A program made the position numbers and the translations under genes. Shown here in pieces: positions 9,862 to 20,543 of a DNA stretch of 64,000 nucleotides (position 1 is its first letter; every line of letters starts with the position of its first letter). Under the pieces are notes generated by a model. The model had not been told where the DNA came from and ran no database searches. It saw only the letters and a list, made by a program, of their open reading frames with translations. The DNA lies in NCBI GenBank assembly GCA_902603905.1, contig CACKWM010000005.1, positions 817-64,816 of the forward strand. Reading direction: 5' to 3'. The stretch comes from an uncultured Pelagibacteraceae bacterium (GTDB taxonomy: Bacteria > Pseudomonadota > Alphaproteobacteria > Pelagibacterales > Pelagibacteraceae).

Positions 9862-11538
9862 ACCTTCAGTTTCACCTTTAGAATTTAATTTAATTGAGTC
9901 TGCGGCTGGCACTCTTGGAAGCCCTGGCATAGTCATTATTGCACCACAGATTACAACAATGAACTCAGCTCCTGAAGAAAGTCTAACTTCTCTTACTTGT
10001 AAAACATGTCCTGTTGGTGCGCCTTTTAAACTTGGGTCTGTGGAGAAACTATACTGAGTTTTTGCTACACATATTGGAAGTTCTCCATAACCATTTTCTT
10101 GAAAATTTTTTAGTTGTTCTCGTACTTTTGTATCTGCCACAACTTCACTTGCATTATAAATTTCTTTAGCAATAGTTTCAATTTTTTTAAACAATGGAGC
10201 TTTATCTTCATATAAAAATTTAAATTTATTTTCTCCTTTCTCACACAATTCAACAACATCTTTAGAAAGCTCTTTTGTTCCTTCTCCTCCATTTGACCAA
10301 TGAGTGCAAAGTGTTGCTTTAACATTAAGTGTTTTACAGTAATCAATTAATGCTTTTACCTCTTTATCGGTATCAGTAATGAAGTGATTTACAGCAACCG
10401 CAACAGGTAAACCAAATTTTCTTATATTAACAATATGTCTCTCTAAATTTACTAAACCTTTTTTAAGAGCTTCAACATTTTCTTTTTTAAGTTCTTCTTT
10501 TGCTACACCTCCGTGCATTTTTAAAGCTCTAATTGTTGCAACGATTACTACACAATTTGGTTTTATCCCTGACTTTCTACATTTTATATCTAAAAATTTT
10601 TCAGCACCAAGATCAGCACCAAAGCCTGCTTCTGTAACAACATAGTCAGCTAATTTTAATCCTGTTTTTGTTGCAATAACTGAATTACAACCGTGTGCAA
10701 TATTTGCAAAAGGACCACCATGAATAATTGCAGGGTTGTTTTCTAAGGTTTGTGTAACATTAGGTCTCATTGCGTCTTTCAAAAGAACTGTCATCGGACC
10801 CTGTGCATTTAAATCTTTTGCATAAATTGCTTTTTTATCTCTAGTGTAACCAATTGTAATATTTCCAATTCTTTTCTCTAAATCTTTTAGATCATTTGAT
10901 AAGCAGAAAATTGCCATGACTTCTGAAGCTACAGTAATATCAAACCCATCTTCTCTTGGGTAACCATTGGCTATTCCGCCTAAGTTAATATTAATTGATC
11001 TCAATGATCGATCGTTCATGTCCATTACTCTTTTCCAAACCACTCTTCTTACGTCAATATTTAATTTGTTACCCCAATAAATATGATTATCAATTAAAGC
11101 AGATAAAAGATTATGAGCAGAGGTAATAGCATGAAAATCTCCGGTAAAGTGTAAATTAATCTGTTCCATAGGAACTACCTGAGCATATCCTCCGCCGGCC
11201 GCACCACCTTTCATTCCAAATGAAGGACCTAAACTTGGCTCTCTAAGACAAACTATAGATTTTTTTCCTATTTTATTTAAACCATCAGTTAATCCAACTG
11301 ATGTTGTGGTTTTTCCTTCACCTGCTGGCGTTGGAGTTATAGCAGTAACTAAAATTAGTTTGCCATCTTTTTTAGTTTTTAATTTTTCTAAATATTCGAG
11401 TTTAATTTTTGCAATATATCTACTTATTGGACTATAAACATCTGCTTTGTCAGGCACATTAATATCATCAAGAACTTCCTTGATTGGTTTCATCTTTGCT
11501 GCTCTAGCTATTTCAATATCAGATTTGACTGCGCTCAT
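9853..11538 (-). CDS. fhs: Formate--tetrahydrofolate ligase
   Basis: [43 protein letters not shown] at 11538 (after AGAAGGTGG) preferred; the frame extends to TTG at 11601. Confidence 0.95.
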   Translation of the reverse strand: MSAVKSDIEIARAAKMKPIKEVLDDINVPDKADVYSPISRYIAKIKLEYLEKLKTKKDGKLILVTAITPTPAGEGKTTTSVGLTDGLNKIGKKSIVCLREPSLGPSFGMKGGAAGGGYAQVVPMEQINLHFTGDFHAITSAHNLLSALIDNHIYWGNKLNIDVRRVVWKRVMDMNDRSLRSININLGGIANGYPREDGFDITVASEVMAIFCLSNDLKDLEKRIGNITIGYTRDKKAIYAKDLNAQGPMTVLLKDAMRPNVTQTLENNPAIIHGGPFANIAHGCNSVIATKTGLKLADYVVTEAGFGADLGAEKFLDIKCRKSGIKPNCVVIVATIRALKMHGGVAKEELKKENVEALKKGLVNLERHIVNIRKFGLPVAVAVNHFITDTDKEVKALIDYCKTLNVKATLCTHWSNGGEGTKELSKDVVELCEKGENKFKFLYEDKAPLFKKIETIAKEIYNASEVVADTKVREQLKNFQENGYGELPICVAKTQYSFSTDPSLKGAPTGHVLQVREVRLSSGAEFIVVICGAIMTMPGLPRVPAADSIKLNSKGETEGLF

Positions 11539-11673
11539 TTTGCCACCTTCTATATATTTAAACTTCTTATAAGCTGCTGGATTAATATCCTTTTTTATCA
11601 ATTTTTTAAAGTTCTAAAAAATATATATAAAAAAAATAAGAACTATTTATACTCATTGTTATAAAATTAATTT

Positions 11674-12930
11674 ATGCAAAAGTATTCAGTATTTAGTCTA
11701 ATTAAAAACGCTTTTAAAGGTCACAAAGATTGGGAAGTAGCATGGAAAGACCCAACTCCTAAGAACGAATATGACGTCATAATTATTGGAGGAGGAGGTC
11801 ATGGTTTAGCTACCGCTTACTATCTTGCCAAGGAGCACAATATTACAAATGTTGCTATTGTTGAAAAAGGTTGGATAGGAGGAGGAAATGTTGGAAGAAA
11901 CACAACAATCCTTAGATCAAATTATATGCATGATCAAAATGGATTATTCTACGAGAAGGGAATGGATTTGTGGAGAAGCATGAGTCAAGATTTAAATTTT
12001 AACGTAATGTATTCCCCAAGAGGAATAATCAATCTTGCACATTCAGATGCTCAAATGAATGCTTACTCTAGAAGAGGAAATTCTATGAGATTAAACGGAA
12101 TTGATGCAGTGCTCTTGGGAAGAGAAGAAATAAAAAAAATACTTCCAATGCTAGATTTTTCTGATGATGTTAGATTTCCAATATTTGGTGGTTTAATGCA
12201 ACCCAGTGGAGGAACCGCAAGACATGATGCTGTTGCTTGGGGCTATGCACGTCAAGCAGACTCAATGGGAGTTGATATTATTCAACACTGTGAAGTAACA
12301 GGTTTTGATGTAACTAATGGAAAAATAAAAGGAATAAAAACATCAAAAGGTAATATTAAAGCAAAAAAAATAGGCTTATGTGTAGCAGGAAACACATCAA
12401 TGCTTGCGGAAATGTTAAACATGACATTACCTATTGAAACTCATTTGCTACAAGCATGTGTATCAGAGCCAATTAAACCTATATTAGATCAAGTAGTTAC
12501 TTTCGGTGCAGGACATTTTTATTGTAGCCAGTCAGATAAAGGAGAAATGGTAATGGGTGGAGACTTAGATGGTTATAATAGTTATGCACAAAGAGGAAAT
12601 TTACCTACATTACAACACGTTTTAACCGAGGGAATTGCCATGTTCCCATTTCTTAGCAAATTAAAAATGTTAAGAACTTGGGGTGGAATTATGGATATGT
12701 CAATGGATGGATCTCCAATTATAGATAAAACACATATTGAAGGTTTGTATTTGAATTGTGGTTGGTGCTATGGAGGTTTTAAAGCAACTCCAGCATCAGG
12801 ATGGACTTTTGCGCACACAATAGCTCAAGATAAAGTTCATGAATTAAATGCAGGATATAACCTTAATAGATTTAATACTGGCCATTTAATTGATGAAAAA
12901 GGTCTTGGAACAAAAACTTGGATTTCATAA
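11674..12930 (+). CDS. soxB: Heterotetrameric sarcosine oxidase / N-methylglutamate dehydrogenase, beta subunit
   Basis: GGGGHGLATAYYLA, GRNTTILRSNY, ARHDAVAWGYAR, GGFKATP. Confidence 0.9.
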   Translation: MQKYSVFSLIKNAFKGHKDWEVAWKDPTPKNEYDVIIIGGGGHGLATAYYLAKEHNITNVAIVEKGWIGGGNVGRNTTILRSNYMHDQNGLFYEKGMDLWRSMSQDLNFNVMYSPRGIINLAHSDAQMNAYSRRGNSMRLNGIDAVLLGREEIKKILPMLDFSDDVRFPIFGGLMQPSGGTARHDAVAWGYARQADSMGVDIIQHCEVTGFDVTNGKIKGIKTSKGNIKAKKIGLCVAGNTSMLAEMLNMTLPIETHLLQACVSEPIKPILDQVVTFGAGHFYCSQSDKGEMVMGGDLDGYNSYAQRGNLPTLQHVLTEGIAMFPFLSKLKMLRTWGGIMDMSMDGSPIIDKTHIEGLYLNCGWCYGGFKATPASGWTFAHTIAQDKVHELNAGYNLNRFNTGHLIDEKGLGTKTWIS

Positions 12931-13197
12931 ATGCTACATATTAAATGTCCTTACTGTGGCACAAGATCACAAAATGAATTTGTATACGGAGGAGACGCAA
13001 CAGTTAAAAGACCTCAATTAAACAAAGAAGTTTCTGATAAAGAGTGGGATACTTTTGTTTATTTAAGAAAAAGCCCAAGAGGAAAACACCTAGAATTTTG
13101 GCAACACATTTCAGGATGTAGACAGTGGATTAAGGTTCAAAGAGACACAGCAACTCACGAAATATTTAAAACATTAAAACCAAACGAAGATATTTAG
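12931..13197 (+). CDS. soxD: Sarcosine oxidase / NMG dehydrogenase delta subunit
   Basis: CPYCG...H...GC zinc ligands, EF.YGG, RDT.THE. Confidence 0.9.
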   Translation: MLHIKCPYCGTRSQNEFVYGGDATVKRPQLNKEVSDKEWDTFVYLRKSPRGKHLEFWQHISGCRQWIKVQRDTATHEIFKTLKPNEDI

Positions 13198-13198
13198 T

Positions 13199-16195
13199 AT
13201 GCCACAAGATTTTAGATTAGATAAAATTGGTTTAATTAACAGAAATAAAAAAATTTCATTTAAGTTTAATGGAAAAAGTTATTTTGGATACGAAGGTGAT
13301 ACACTAGCCTCTGCATTAATTGCAAATGGTGTTCATCTTGTTGGAAGAAGTTTTAAATATCACCGACCACGGGGATTTTTTGGCGCTGGTGTAGATGAAC
13401 CATACGCTATAGTTCAATTATACAGAAACAATGAAACTGATCCTAATGCTCGAGCCACAGAACAAGAGCTTTTTGAGGGATTAGAAGCAAAAAGTGTAAA
13501 TTGTTGGCCAAGTGTAAATTTTGATATAGGAGCTATAAATAATTTTTTAAATAAATTTTTTCCAGCTGGTTTTTATTATAAGACTTTTATGTGGCCAAGG
13601 AGTTTTTGGTACAAAGTTTATGAGCCATTTATTAGGAAAGCCGCAGGCTTTGGAGTGGCATCAATAAAACATGATAAAGAACGATACGAACATAAGTATG
13701 AATATTGCGACTTATTAATTACAGGTTCAGGACCATCAGGTTTAGCCAGCGCATATGCTGCAGCAAAAAATGGAGCAAAAGTTATTCTAGCAGAAGATAA
13801 ACCAAGGTTTGGAGGCAGTTTATTAACCAGTGAAGTTAATATTGGAAATCAAAGTGGAAAAGAATGGGCAGAAAATATTATAACCGAACTTAAAGAAATG
13901 CCCAATGTGATAGTTAGAAATAGAGCACAAGTCTTTGGTTACTACGATCACAATATGTTAGTAATGTCAGAACGAGTAAACGACCACTTAGCAAAATCAA
14001 AAAAATACAGCCCTAAACAAAGACTTTGGTACATTAGAGCGAAAGAAGTTGTGATTTCTTCTGGTTCAATTGAAAGGCCATTAGTTTTTGGAAATAATGA
14101 TACACCTGGGGTAGTACTATCTTCTGCTGCTAAAGAATATTTAAAAGTTTATGGCGTCCTGGTAGGCAGAAATCCACTTATATTTACAAATAATGACAGT
14201 GGATACGAAACTGCTATTGAGTTTAAAAAAAATGGAATATGGCCAATAATTTTAGACACAAGAAATAATCCAAATTCTGAAATTATTGATGAAGCAAAAC
14301 GAATGGGTATTGATATAAAATTTTCGCATGTAGTTGTAGCGGCAAAAGGATATAAAAAAGTAAAATCAGCTGAAATTGCAAAAATATCTGAAGACAAAAA
14401 AAAATTAGGAGCAATCAAAAATATTAATTGTGACTGTATATGTGTTTCTGGTTTTTGGACTCCAACAATTCATTTGACTTCCCAGTCTGGAAATAAAACA
14501 AAATTTAATGAAGAAATAGATGCTTTTGTTCCTGGCCAGTCTAAACAAGAAGAAACGACAGTCGGGTCAGCAAATGGAATATTTACTTTAGAAGAAACTT
14601 TAAAAAAATCATTTGAAGTTGGTCATCAGATATCAAAAAAAATAACCAAAAATGATAATAAAGTTTCTATTCCAACAGTTGTTGAAAAAAAATTTACAAA
14701 ACATGATAAATTTTGGTGTGTTCCACTTCCTAAAGAAAAAAAATATAAAAGGTTTTTAGATTTTCAAAATGATGTTGCTGTTACCGATGTAGAACTTGCT
14801 TTAAGAGAAGGTTATAGATCAATAGAGCATGTTAAGAGATACACTACACTAGGCATGGCAACCGACCAAGGCAAAACAAGTAATCTTAATGGATTGCAAC
14901 TTGTATCGGATTTTGAAAATAAAATAATACCATCAGTTGGACACACAACTTTTAGACCTCCCTATACTCCTGTTACTATTGGTGCCATTGTTGGGAGAGA
15001 AGTTGGGAAGCATTCAAAACCAACTAGAAAATCACCAATGCACTCATGGCATGAAAAACATAACGCTGTTTTTGTTGATGCGGGTATTTGGTTACGACCT
15101 AGATATTACAAACAAGGTAACGAAGGTTTGTTTGAAGCATCAAAAAGAGAAGCAGAAAATGTTAGAAGAAATGTTGGTGTATGTGACGTGACTACATTAG
15201 GAAAAATTGACATTAAAGGACCAGATGCAGCAGAATTTTTGAATAGAGTTTATACAAATGCATGGTTAAAACTTCCTGTTGGAAAAGCCAGATATGGAGT
15301 AATGCTGCGTGAAGATGGAATTGTAATGGATGATGGTACCACTACGAGAATTTCAGAAAACCATTATCATATGACCACAACTACCGCACAAGCTGCTAAT
15401 GTTTTATCTCATTTAGAATATTATCTACAAATTGTTTGGCCTGAATTAAATGTAAATGTTGTTTCCACCACAGAACAATGGGCTGGAGCTGCAATTGCAG
15501 GACCAAAATCTAGAAACGTATTACAAAAATTATTTCCAGATATAGATATTTCCAATGAAGGATTGCCATTTATGGGATATGTGGAAGGTAATTTATTTGG
15601 TGTTTATGCAAGGATTTTCAGAATTTCATTTTCAGGTGAGCTTGCTTATGAAGTTAATGTTGAGTCAGATAATGGAAATTTTATGTGGGAAAAAATAATT
15701 GACATTGGTAAAGAATTTTTAATTCAACCGTATGGAACAGAGGCTCTATCTACATTAAGAATAGAAATGGGACATGTTGCTGGATCAGAATTAGATGGTA
15801 GGACGATACCATATGACAATGGTTTACAAGGATTAGTTAGTAAAAAGAAAGACTTTATTGGAAAAAGATCTCTCAATAGATCAGCTTTTACAGCTGAAGA
15901 TAGGCAGAAAGTAGTAGGTGTGGTTCCACTAGATAAAAAAACAAGTATTCCAGAGGGATCTCATTTAGTTAAAGATGCAAATGCAAAATTGCCAAATCCA
16001 AAGTTAGGTCATGTTTCGGCTTCTTGTTGGAGCGTAGAGTACAACAATCCATTTTCACTAGCTATTCTTCGTGATGGAAAGAATATGATTGGCCAAAAAT
16101 TATTTGCTTTATCACCACTAAAAAACAAAACAATACCAGTTGAAATTGTCTCGTCACATTACGTTGATCCTAAAGGGGAAAGAGTAAGATCATGA
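13199..16195 (+). CDS. soxA: Sarcosine oxidase / NMG dehydrogenase alpha subunit
   Basis: GRSFKYHRPRG, KRYTTLGMATDQGK, C-terminal GcvT-like folate domain (RISFSGELAYE). Confidence 0.92.
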   Translation: MPQDFRLDKIGLINRNKKISFKFNGKSYFGYEGDTLASALIANGVHLVGRSFKYHRPRGFFGAGVDEPYAIVQLYRNNETDPNARATEQELFEGLEAKSVNCWPSVNFDIGAINNFLNKFFPAGFYYKTFMWPRSFWYKVYEPFIRKAAGFGVASIKHDKERYEHKYEYCDLLITGSGPSGLASAYAAAKNGAKVILAEDKPRFGGSLLTSEVNIGNQSGKEWAENIITELKEMPNVIVRNRAQVFGYYDHNMLVMSERVNDHLAKSKKYSPKQRLWYIRAKEVVISSGSIERPLVFGNNDTPGVVLSSAAKEYLKVYGVLVGRNPLIFTNNDSGYETAIEFKKNGIWPIILDTRNNPNSEIIDEAKRMGIDIKFSHVVVAAKGYKKVKSAEIAKISEDKKKLGAIKNINCDCICVSGFWTPTIHLTSQSGNKTKFNEEIDAFVPGQSKQEETTVGSANGIFTLEETLKKSFEVGHQISKKITKNDNKVSIPTVVEKKFTKHDKFWCVPLPKEKKYKRFLDFQNDVAVTDVELALREGYRSIEHVKRYTTLGMATDQGKTSNLNGLQLVSDFENKIIPSVGHTTFRPPYTPVTIGAIVGREVGKHSKPTRKSPMHSWHEKHNAVFVDAGIWLRPRYYKQGNEGLFEASKREAENVRRNVGVCDVTTLGKIDIKGPDAAEFLNRVYTNAWLKLPVGKARYGVMLREDGIVMDDGTTTRISENHYHMTTTTAQAANVLSHLEYYLQIVWPELNVNVVSTTEQWAGAAIAGPKSRNVLQKLFPDIDISNEGLPFMGYVEGNLFGVYARIFRISFSGELAYEVNVESDNGNFMWEKIIDIGKEFLIQPYGTEALSTLRIEMGHVAGSELDGRTIPYDNGLQGLVSKKKDFIGKRSLNRSAFTAEDRQKVVGVVPLDKKTSIPEGSHLVKDANAKLPNPKLGHVSASCWSVEYNNPFSLAILRDGKNMIGQKLFALSPLKNKTIPVEIVSSHYVDPKGERVRS

Positions 16196-16779
16196 CAACA
16201 ATATCAGCATTAGAAAAAGTTTATAAAAAAGGTCTTTTTGGAGACCATGAAGATAAAAAAGATGAAAGATTAATAAAAATTTCAGAGATAAAAAGCTTAA
16301 TAATTTTCCAAATAGTCCAATATAAAAACTCATCTATTTCGATAAAAGATACTAATATTGATGGACTTCAATTAAATGATGAAGCATCAAAAGTGATAAG
16401 CAACAATGATACAAGAATTTTATGGTCTGGCCCAAAAAATTGGCTTTTAGTGTCTTCTAAAAAAGAGTTGTTAAAATCTATTCATTCTTCATTTAAAGAA
16501 ACCGATTTTGCAATTACAGATTTATCTCATTCAAGAGCCATTATTCAATTAGAAGGAAATAATTCAAAGGAAATATTAAAAAAAGGATGTCCATTCAATT
16601 TTAATGAATTGAAAAAAAATAATTGTGTGAATTCAGTATTTAATGGCATATCAATTACAATTGATATGATTGAAGACAATCCAAATAAAATAAGATTATT
16701 TGCTCTTAGAAGTTTTGGAGAATCTTTATATGATTCTATTACAGATGCTTCCTTAGAGTTTGGTTACAAAGCTCTTTAA
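16192..16779 (+). CDS. soxG: Sarcosine oxidase / NMG dehydrogenase gamma subunit
   Basis: WSGPKNW, TDLSHSR, LKKGCP, RSF motifs. ATGA overlap with soxA. Confidence 0.85.
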   Translation: MTTISALEKVYKKGLFGDHEDKKDERLIKISEIKSLIIFQIVQYKNSSISIKDTNIDGLQLNDEASKVISNNDTRILWSGPKNWLLVSSKKELLKSIHSSFKETDFAITDLSHSRAIIQLEGNNSKEILKKGCPFNFNELKKNNCVNSVFNGISITIDMIEDNPNKIRLFALRSFGESLYDSITDASLEFGYKAL

Positions 16780-16857
16780 AAATAAAAAATTTTTTACGTT
16801 GATAACTCTCATTTCCATCTTGAGATAGTTATTAAAAGTGTATATCAAAAAATAGTT

Positions 16858-17217
16858 GTGCGAATCGGTATATTTAAAAAAACTGTAATGGCATCTTTAA
16901 GTTTATTATTTTTGAACGGATGTGTTGAAGCTACAGCTTTTCTAGGCCCTACAATTACCGCGGGAACTAGTGGCAACATCTATCAAGCAAGCCTGTCTTA
17001 TGGAGCTAACCAAGCAATTAAAAAAACAACTGGCAAAACTCCAACAGAACATGTTGTGGCATTTTTTGATCCACAAAATGACCATCAAGGAGATTTAAAG
17101 AAAATTTTTATTGAGGAAATAAAAGAAACAAAATCAAAAATAACGATAAAAGAAAATGATTTTTTTACAATGGCAAAAGAAGTATACGAAGAAAATATTA
17201 ATAATTTTGAAAACTAA
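16858..17217 (+). CDS. Hypothetical lipoprotein
   Basis: Lipobox LNGC after a hydrophobic stretch. No recognisable domain. Confidence 0.6.
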   Translation: MRIGIFKKTVMASLSLLFLNGCVEATAFLGPTITAGTSGNIYQASLSYGANQAIKKTTGKTPTEHVVAFFDPQNDHQGDLKKIFIEEIKETKSKITIKENDFFTMAKEVYEENINNFEN

Positions 17218-17220
17218 AAA

Positions 17221-18135
17221 TTACTTTAGCCTAGAAATTTCTTTTATGTGAGAAGGTCTGATTTCACAACAACCGCCTAAAATTGTGGCGCCATTTTCCA
17301 TAAATTTTTTTACATATTTATAAAATGTAGGCTCATTTAATTCGGTGTTTCTTCCCAAAACAGTATTAGGATTGCCTGCATTTCCCCAAGCATCTTTAGA
17401 GGCTACAGTATAACCTACTGGTATTTTTTTAAAGGCATTTAACTTAAATCCATATGCTATATCTATTTTTTTTAAATCATTAGCAACTGACTCATAGGCT
17501 TTTGGAGAAACACAAGCCATAATAACACCAAGCCATTTTTTATTTTTATAATTTTTAATTATATCTTTAATTTTTTCTCCAGAAGGAAGTTGGCCATTAT
17601 CTCTTAGATGAATTCCAACTAAGACTGGCAAATTAAATGATTCAATTGTTTTAAGTGCAATATTACATTCTAAGCCACTGCTCATCACATCGAGATAGTA
17701 AAAATCAATTCCATTTCTAAGGCTTTTAGCCTGGTCATAAAAGTTTTTCTCTATTAAATTTAAGTCTTTTCCTAGATCGGCCGTATATGTTTGTTTTTGA
17801 TTAGGCAAACCTCCTGCGATTAAAATATTCTTTTTTGATATATCTCTTGCTTTTTGAGCCAATTCAACAGCTTTAATATTTATTTTTTCAAAATATTTTT
17901 CACAATCATTTTGTATTAATCTATTTCTTCGAGCAGTAAATGTTGAGGTAACTATCACTTCTGCTCCAGCGTTTATAAAATCTAAATGAGTATCAATGAC
18001 CATTTGATGGTAATTCTCATCAATTAAAGCATGTGCAGACCATAAAGTTCCTTTTGGCTTTAATCCTTTATGAAGAAGTTCTTGGCCCATACCTCCGTCT
18101 AGAATTCTTATTTTTTTAAAAAAGTTTTTATCCAT
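17221..18135 (-). CDS. Homocysteine S-methyltransferase family protein (MmuM/BHMT-like)
   Basis: ILDGGMGQEL, HLDFINAGA, zinc-binding GGCC near the C-terminus. Confidence 0.88.
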   Translation of the reverse strand: MDKNFFKKIRILDGGMGQELLHKGLKPKGTLWSAHALIDENYHQMVIDTHLDFINAGAEVIVTSTFTARRNRLIQNDCEKYFEKINIKAVELAQKARDISKKNILIAGGLPNQKQTYTADLGKDLNLIEKNFYDQAKSLRNGIDFYYLDVMSSGLECNIALKTIESFNLPVLVGIHLRDNGQLPSGEKIKDIIKNYKNKKWLGVIMACVSPKAYESVANDLKKIDIAYGFKLNAFKKIPVGYTVASKDAWGNAGNPNTVLGRNTELNEPTFYKYVKKFMENGATILGGCCEIRPSHIKEISRLK

Positions 18136-18140
18136 AAATA

Positions 18141-18887
18141 TTATATAAATAATTTTAAAGCCATTCTAATTGCAACAAATAATACCAACCCCGATGTCAC
18201 TAAAGCAAGCATTCTTGTTGGAAATATTTTTAAATTTAAAAAATTTCCAACTTGACCACCAATAATTACGGCTAAAAATAAGTACCAGTAATTTGACAGA
18301 TCATTAAAAACTGCATTTTTTGTTAATTGACCAGTTACTCCAGAAATTGAATTAATAAGAATAAATAAAGAAGCAGCAGTAACTATATGTTTAGGTTTTC
18401 CTGCTTTAATTAAAAAAAGAATTGGACTTAAGAATATTCCTCCGCCTATTCCAACAGCTCCAGAAACAAAACCTAATACTCCTCCAATTGGAACAGAAAT
18501 AAAAATTGGAATATTTTTATAAGTTTTATCTTCATCATCGTATGATTTAAAGTTTATTAGCAGCATTATTCCAGCGAAAGCTAAAACTAAAAATAAAAAA
18601 AACTCGAATAAATTTTTTTCTATATGTAAAGATCCTCCAATAAATGCCAAAGGTATTGATCCTATTAAATAAGGCAACAATAGCTTCAAATTTAAATTTC
18701 CAGCTTTTATATAATTAAAACTATTTCCTGAAACCACAAATATGTTACATACTAAAGCTATTACAGGAAAAATATAATATGGAACTTCCCATATTAACAA
18801 TAGTGCAAGATAGGTAGATCCACCTCCAAAACCAACGCTGGCATATAATATAGCAGTTACAAAAAATAAAATTGATAATATAATCAT
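18141..18887 (-). CDS. TauE/SafE (TSUP) family sulfite exporter
   Basis: YASVGFGGGS and GIGGGIFLSP repeats, about 8 hydrophobic segments. Confidence 0.85.
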   Translation of the reverse strand: MIILSILFFVTAILYASVGFGGGSTYLALLLIWEVPYYIFPVIALVCNIFVVSGNSFNYIKAGNLNLKLLLPYLIGSIPLAFIGGSLHIEKNLFEFFLFLVLAFAGIMLLINFKSYDDEDKTYKNIPIFISVPIGGVLGFVSGAVGIGGGIFLSPILFLIKAGKPKHIVTAASLFILINSISGVTGQLTKNAVFNDLSNYWYLFLAVIIGGQVGNFLNLKIFPTRMLALVTSGLVLFVAIRMALKLFI

Positions 18888-18898
18888 TTAAAAATTTT

Positions 18899-19399
18899 AT
18901 GAGAGTAAATATAGCACTATTAACAGTTACTGATACAAGAACTTTAAAAACTGATAAATCGGGAAATATCCTTGTAAAAAAAATAGGTATAGCAAAACAC
19001 AATTTAGTAGACAGGAAAATTTGCAAAGATAGCAAAAAAGAAATTAAAAAAATATTAAAAGACTGGATTAAAAAAAAAAAGATTGATGCTATTATAACAA
19101 CAGGAGGAACGGGATTAACGGGAAGAGATATCACACCTGAGGCATTAGAAGAAATAGCAGACAAGCATATCCCAGGATTTGGTGAAGTATTTAGAACAAT
19201 TAGTTTAAAAACTGTTGGAACATCTTCTATCCAGTCAAGGGCATGCGCAGTGCTAGCTAATGGTAAATATATATTTGCATTACCAGGATCGTCAGGCGGG
19301 GTAACTGATGCGTGGGATAAAATTTTAATTCATCAATTAGATATTAATCATAAACCTTGTAATTTTGTTGAATTGTTTCCTAGACTCAAAGAAAAGTAA
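18899..19399 (+). CDS. moaB: Molybdenum cofactor biosynthesis protein B
   Basis: TDKSG, TTGGTGLTGRDITPEA, SIQSRA, LPGS, PCNFVEL. Confidence 0.92.
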   Translation: MRVNIALLTVTDTRTLKTDKSGNILVKKIGIAKHNLVDRKICKDSKKEIKKILKDWIKKKKIDAIITTGGTGLTGRDITPEALEEIADKHIPGFGEVFRTISLKTVGTSSIQSRACAVLANGKYIFALPGSSGGVTDAWDKILIHQLDINHKPCNFVELFPRLKEK

Positions 19400-19402
19400 A
19401 AT

Positions 19403-20260
19403 TTAATTTTTTTCTCTTGTTGCAATATAAACCCCGAGTGTGGCAATTATAAACCCAGAAATATCAACATTATTTAAATTTTCTCCTAGAAAAAGCCAGG
19501 CCATAATCGCTGAGGTAGGAGGTATTAGAAAAAAAACAGAAACAGTTTTACTAGCTGAGTTTCTTTTAATTAAAAACATCAAAATAGTAAAAGCACCAAA
19601 AGAAACTAATAATATTTGATGACTCATTGCAATTATAAAGGTTGTTGAAAAATTTATAAAAGGTTTTTGAATAAAAAAAATAATTACAACTAAATGAAAT
19701 ATAAAACCTCCAATTGCTTGATACATATTGCTTACAGATAAAGGTAAATTATTACTTATTTTTTTTTGCCAAAGAGTTGCTGAGGTAACAGCAATTAAAG
19801 AAATCAAAACAGCTATAATCCCAAAAAATGGTAATGAATTACCTATATCAAAACCTATAACTAAAGTTGCACCAGTAAATCCAAGTAATACTCCTATCCA
19901 TTTGTTCAATGTAATTTTTTCATTTAATATAGGACCAGCTAATGCATTTGTAAGCACTGGCTGCAGTGTAACAATCAGGGCAGCAATCCCTGTAGGAAGG
20001 CCAATTGAAATTGAATAAAAGACACCACCAAGATAAAAACCATGAAATAATATTCCTGTAGAAAAAGATGGTAAAAGACTTTTAAAACTAACTAAAATTT
20101 TTTGTTTTGAAAATAGAGAAAATAAATAAAAACCTATTGCAACTATTAAAAATCTAAAACTTAAAGCTGAAAAAGGATCACTATAATCAACTATTGGTTT
20201 TGTTGTTATAAAAGCTGAAGACCATAGTAAAATAAATATTAAAGGCAGAAATTTTATCAC
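19403..20260 (-). CDS. DMT/EamA family transporter
   Basis: LWSSAF, two EamA repeats, LGE motif, about 10 hydrophobic segments. Confidence 0.85.
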   Translation of the reverse strand: MIKFLPLIFILLWSSAFITTKPIVDYSDPFSALSFRFLIVAIGFYLFSLFSKQKILVSFKSLLPSFSTGILFHGFYLGGVFYSISIGLPTGIAALIVTLQPVLTNALAGPILNEKITLNKWIGVLLGFTGATLVIGFDIGNSLPFFGIIAVLISLIAVTSATLWQKKISNNLPLSVSNMYQAIGGFIFHLVVIIFFIQKPFINFSTTFIIAMSHQILLVSFGAFTILMFLIKRNSASKTVSVFFLIPPTSAIMAWLFLGENLNNVDISGFIIATLGVYIATREKN

Positions 20261-20269
20261 TGAAAGAAA

Positions 20270-20515
20270 TTATTTTTGATATTTTTCTTTCCACTCTGCA
20301 TAAGGCATTCCATAAACATGTTTTCTGGCATCAGAATCTGATACTGAAATACCCTTTTTTTTTGCTTCTTCCCTGTACCATTTCGACAAACAATTTCTGC
20401 AAAACCCAGCTAAGTTCATTAAATCAATATTTTGAACATCTTTTCTTTCTCTTAGGTGACTAACTAATCTTTCAAAAGTTGCAGATTGCAATTCTTTTTT
20501 TATGTTATCATCCAT
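20270..20515 (-). CDS. DUF1244 family protein
   Basis: DVQNIDLMNLAGFCRNCLSKWY and YGMPY.EWK signature. Confidence 0.85.
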   Translation of the reverse strand: MDDNIKKELQSATFERLVSHLRERKDVQNIDLMNLAGFCRNCLSKWYREEAKKKGISVSDSDARKHVYGMPYAEWKEKYQK

Positions 20516-20543
20516 ATAAATTAATATATATATTTAAGTATTT

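Noticed and set aside
16801-16833. Imperfect hairpin after soxG (ATAACT-CTCA...TGAG-AT-AGTTAT)
   Set aside because: Bulged, AT-rich and without a U tract. Too weak to call a terminator.
18136-18140. SAM riboswitch upstream of the homocysteine methyltransferase (and a Moco riboswitch upstream of moaA, 28715-28758)
   Set aside because: The spacers are only 5 and 44 nt, with no recognisable aptamer.
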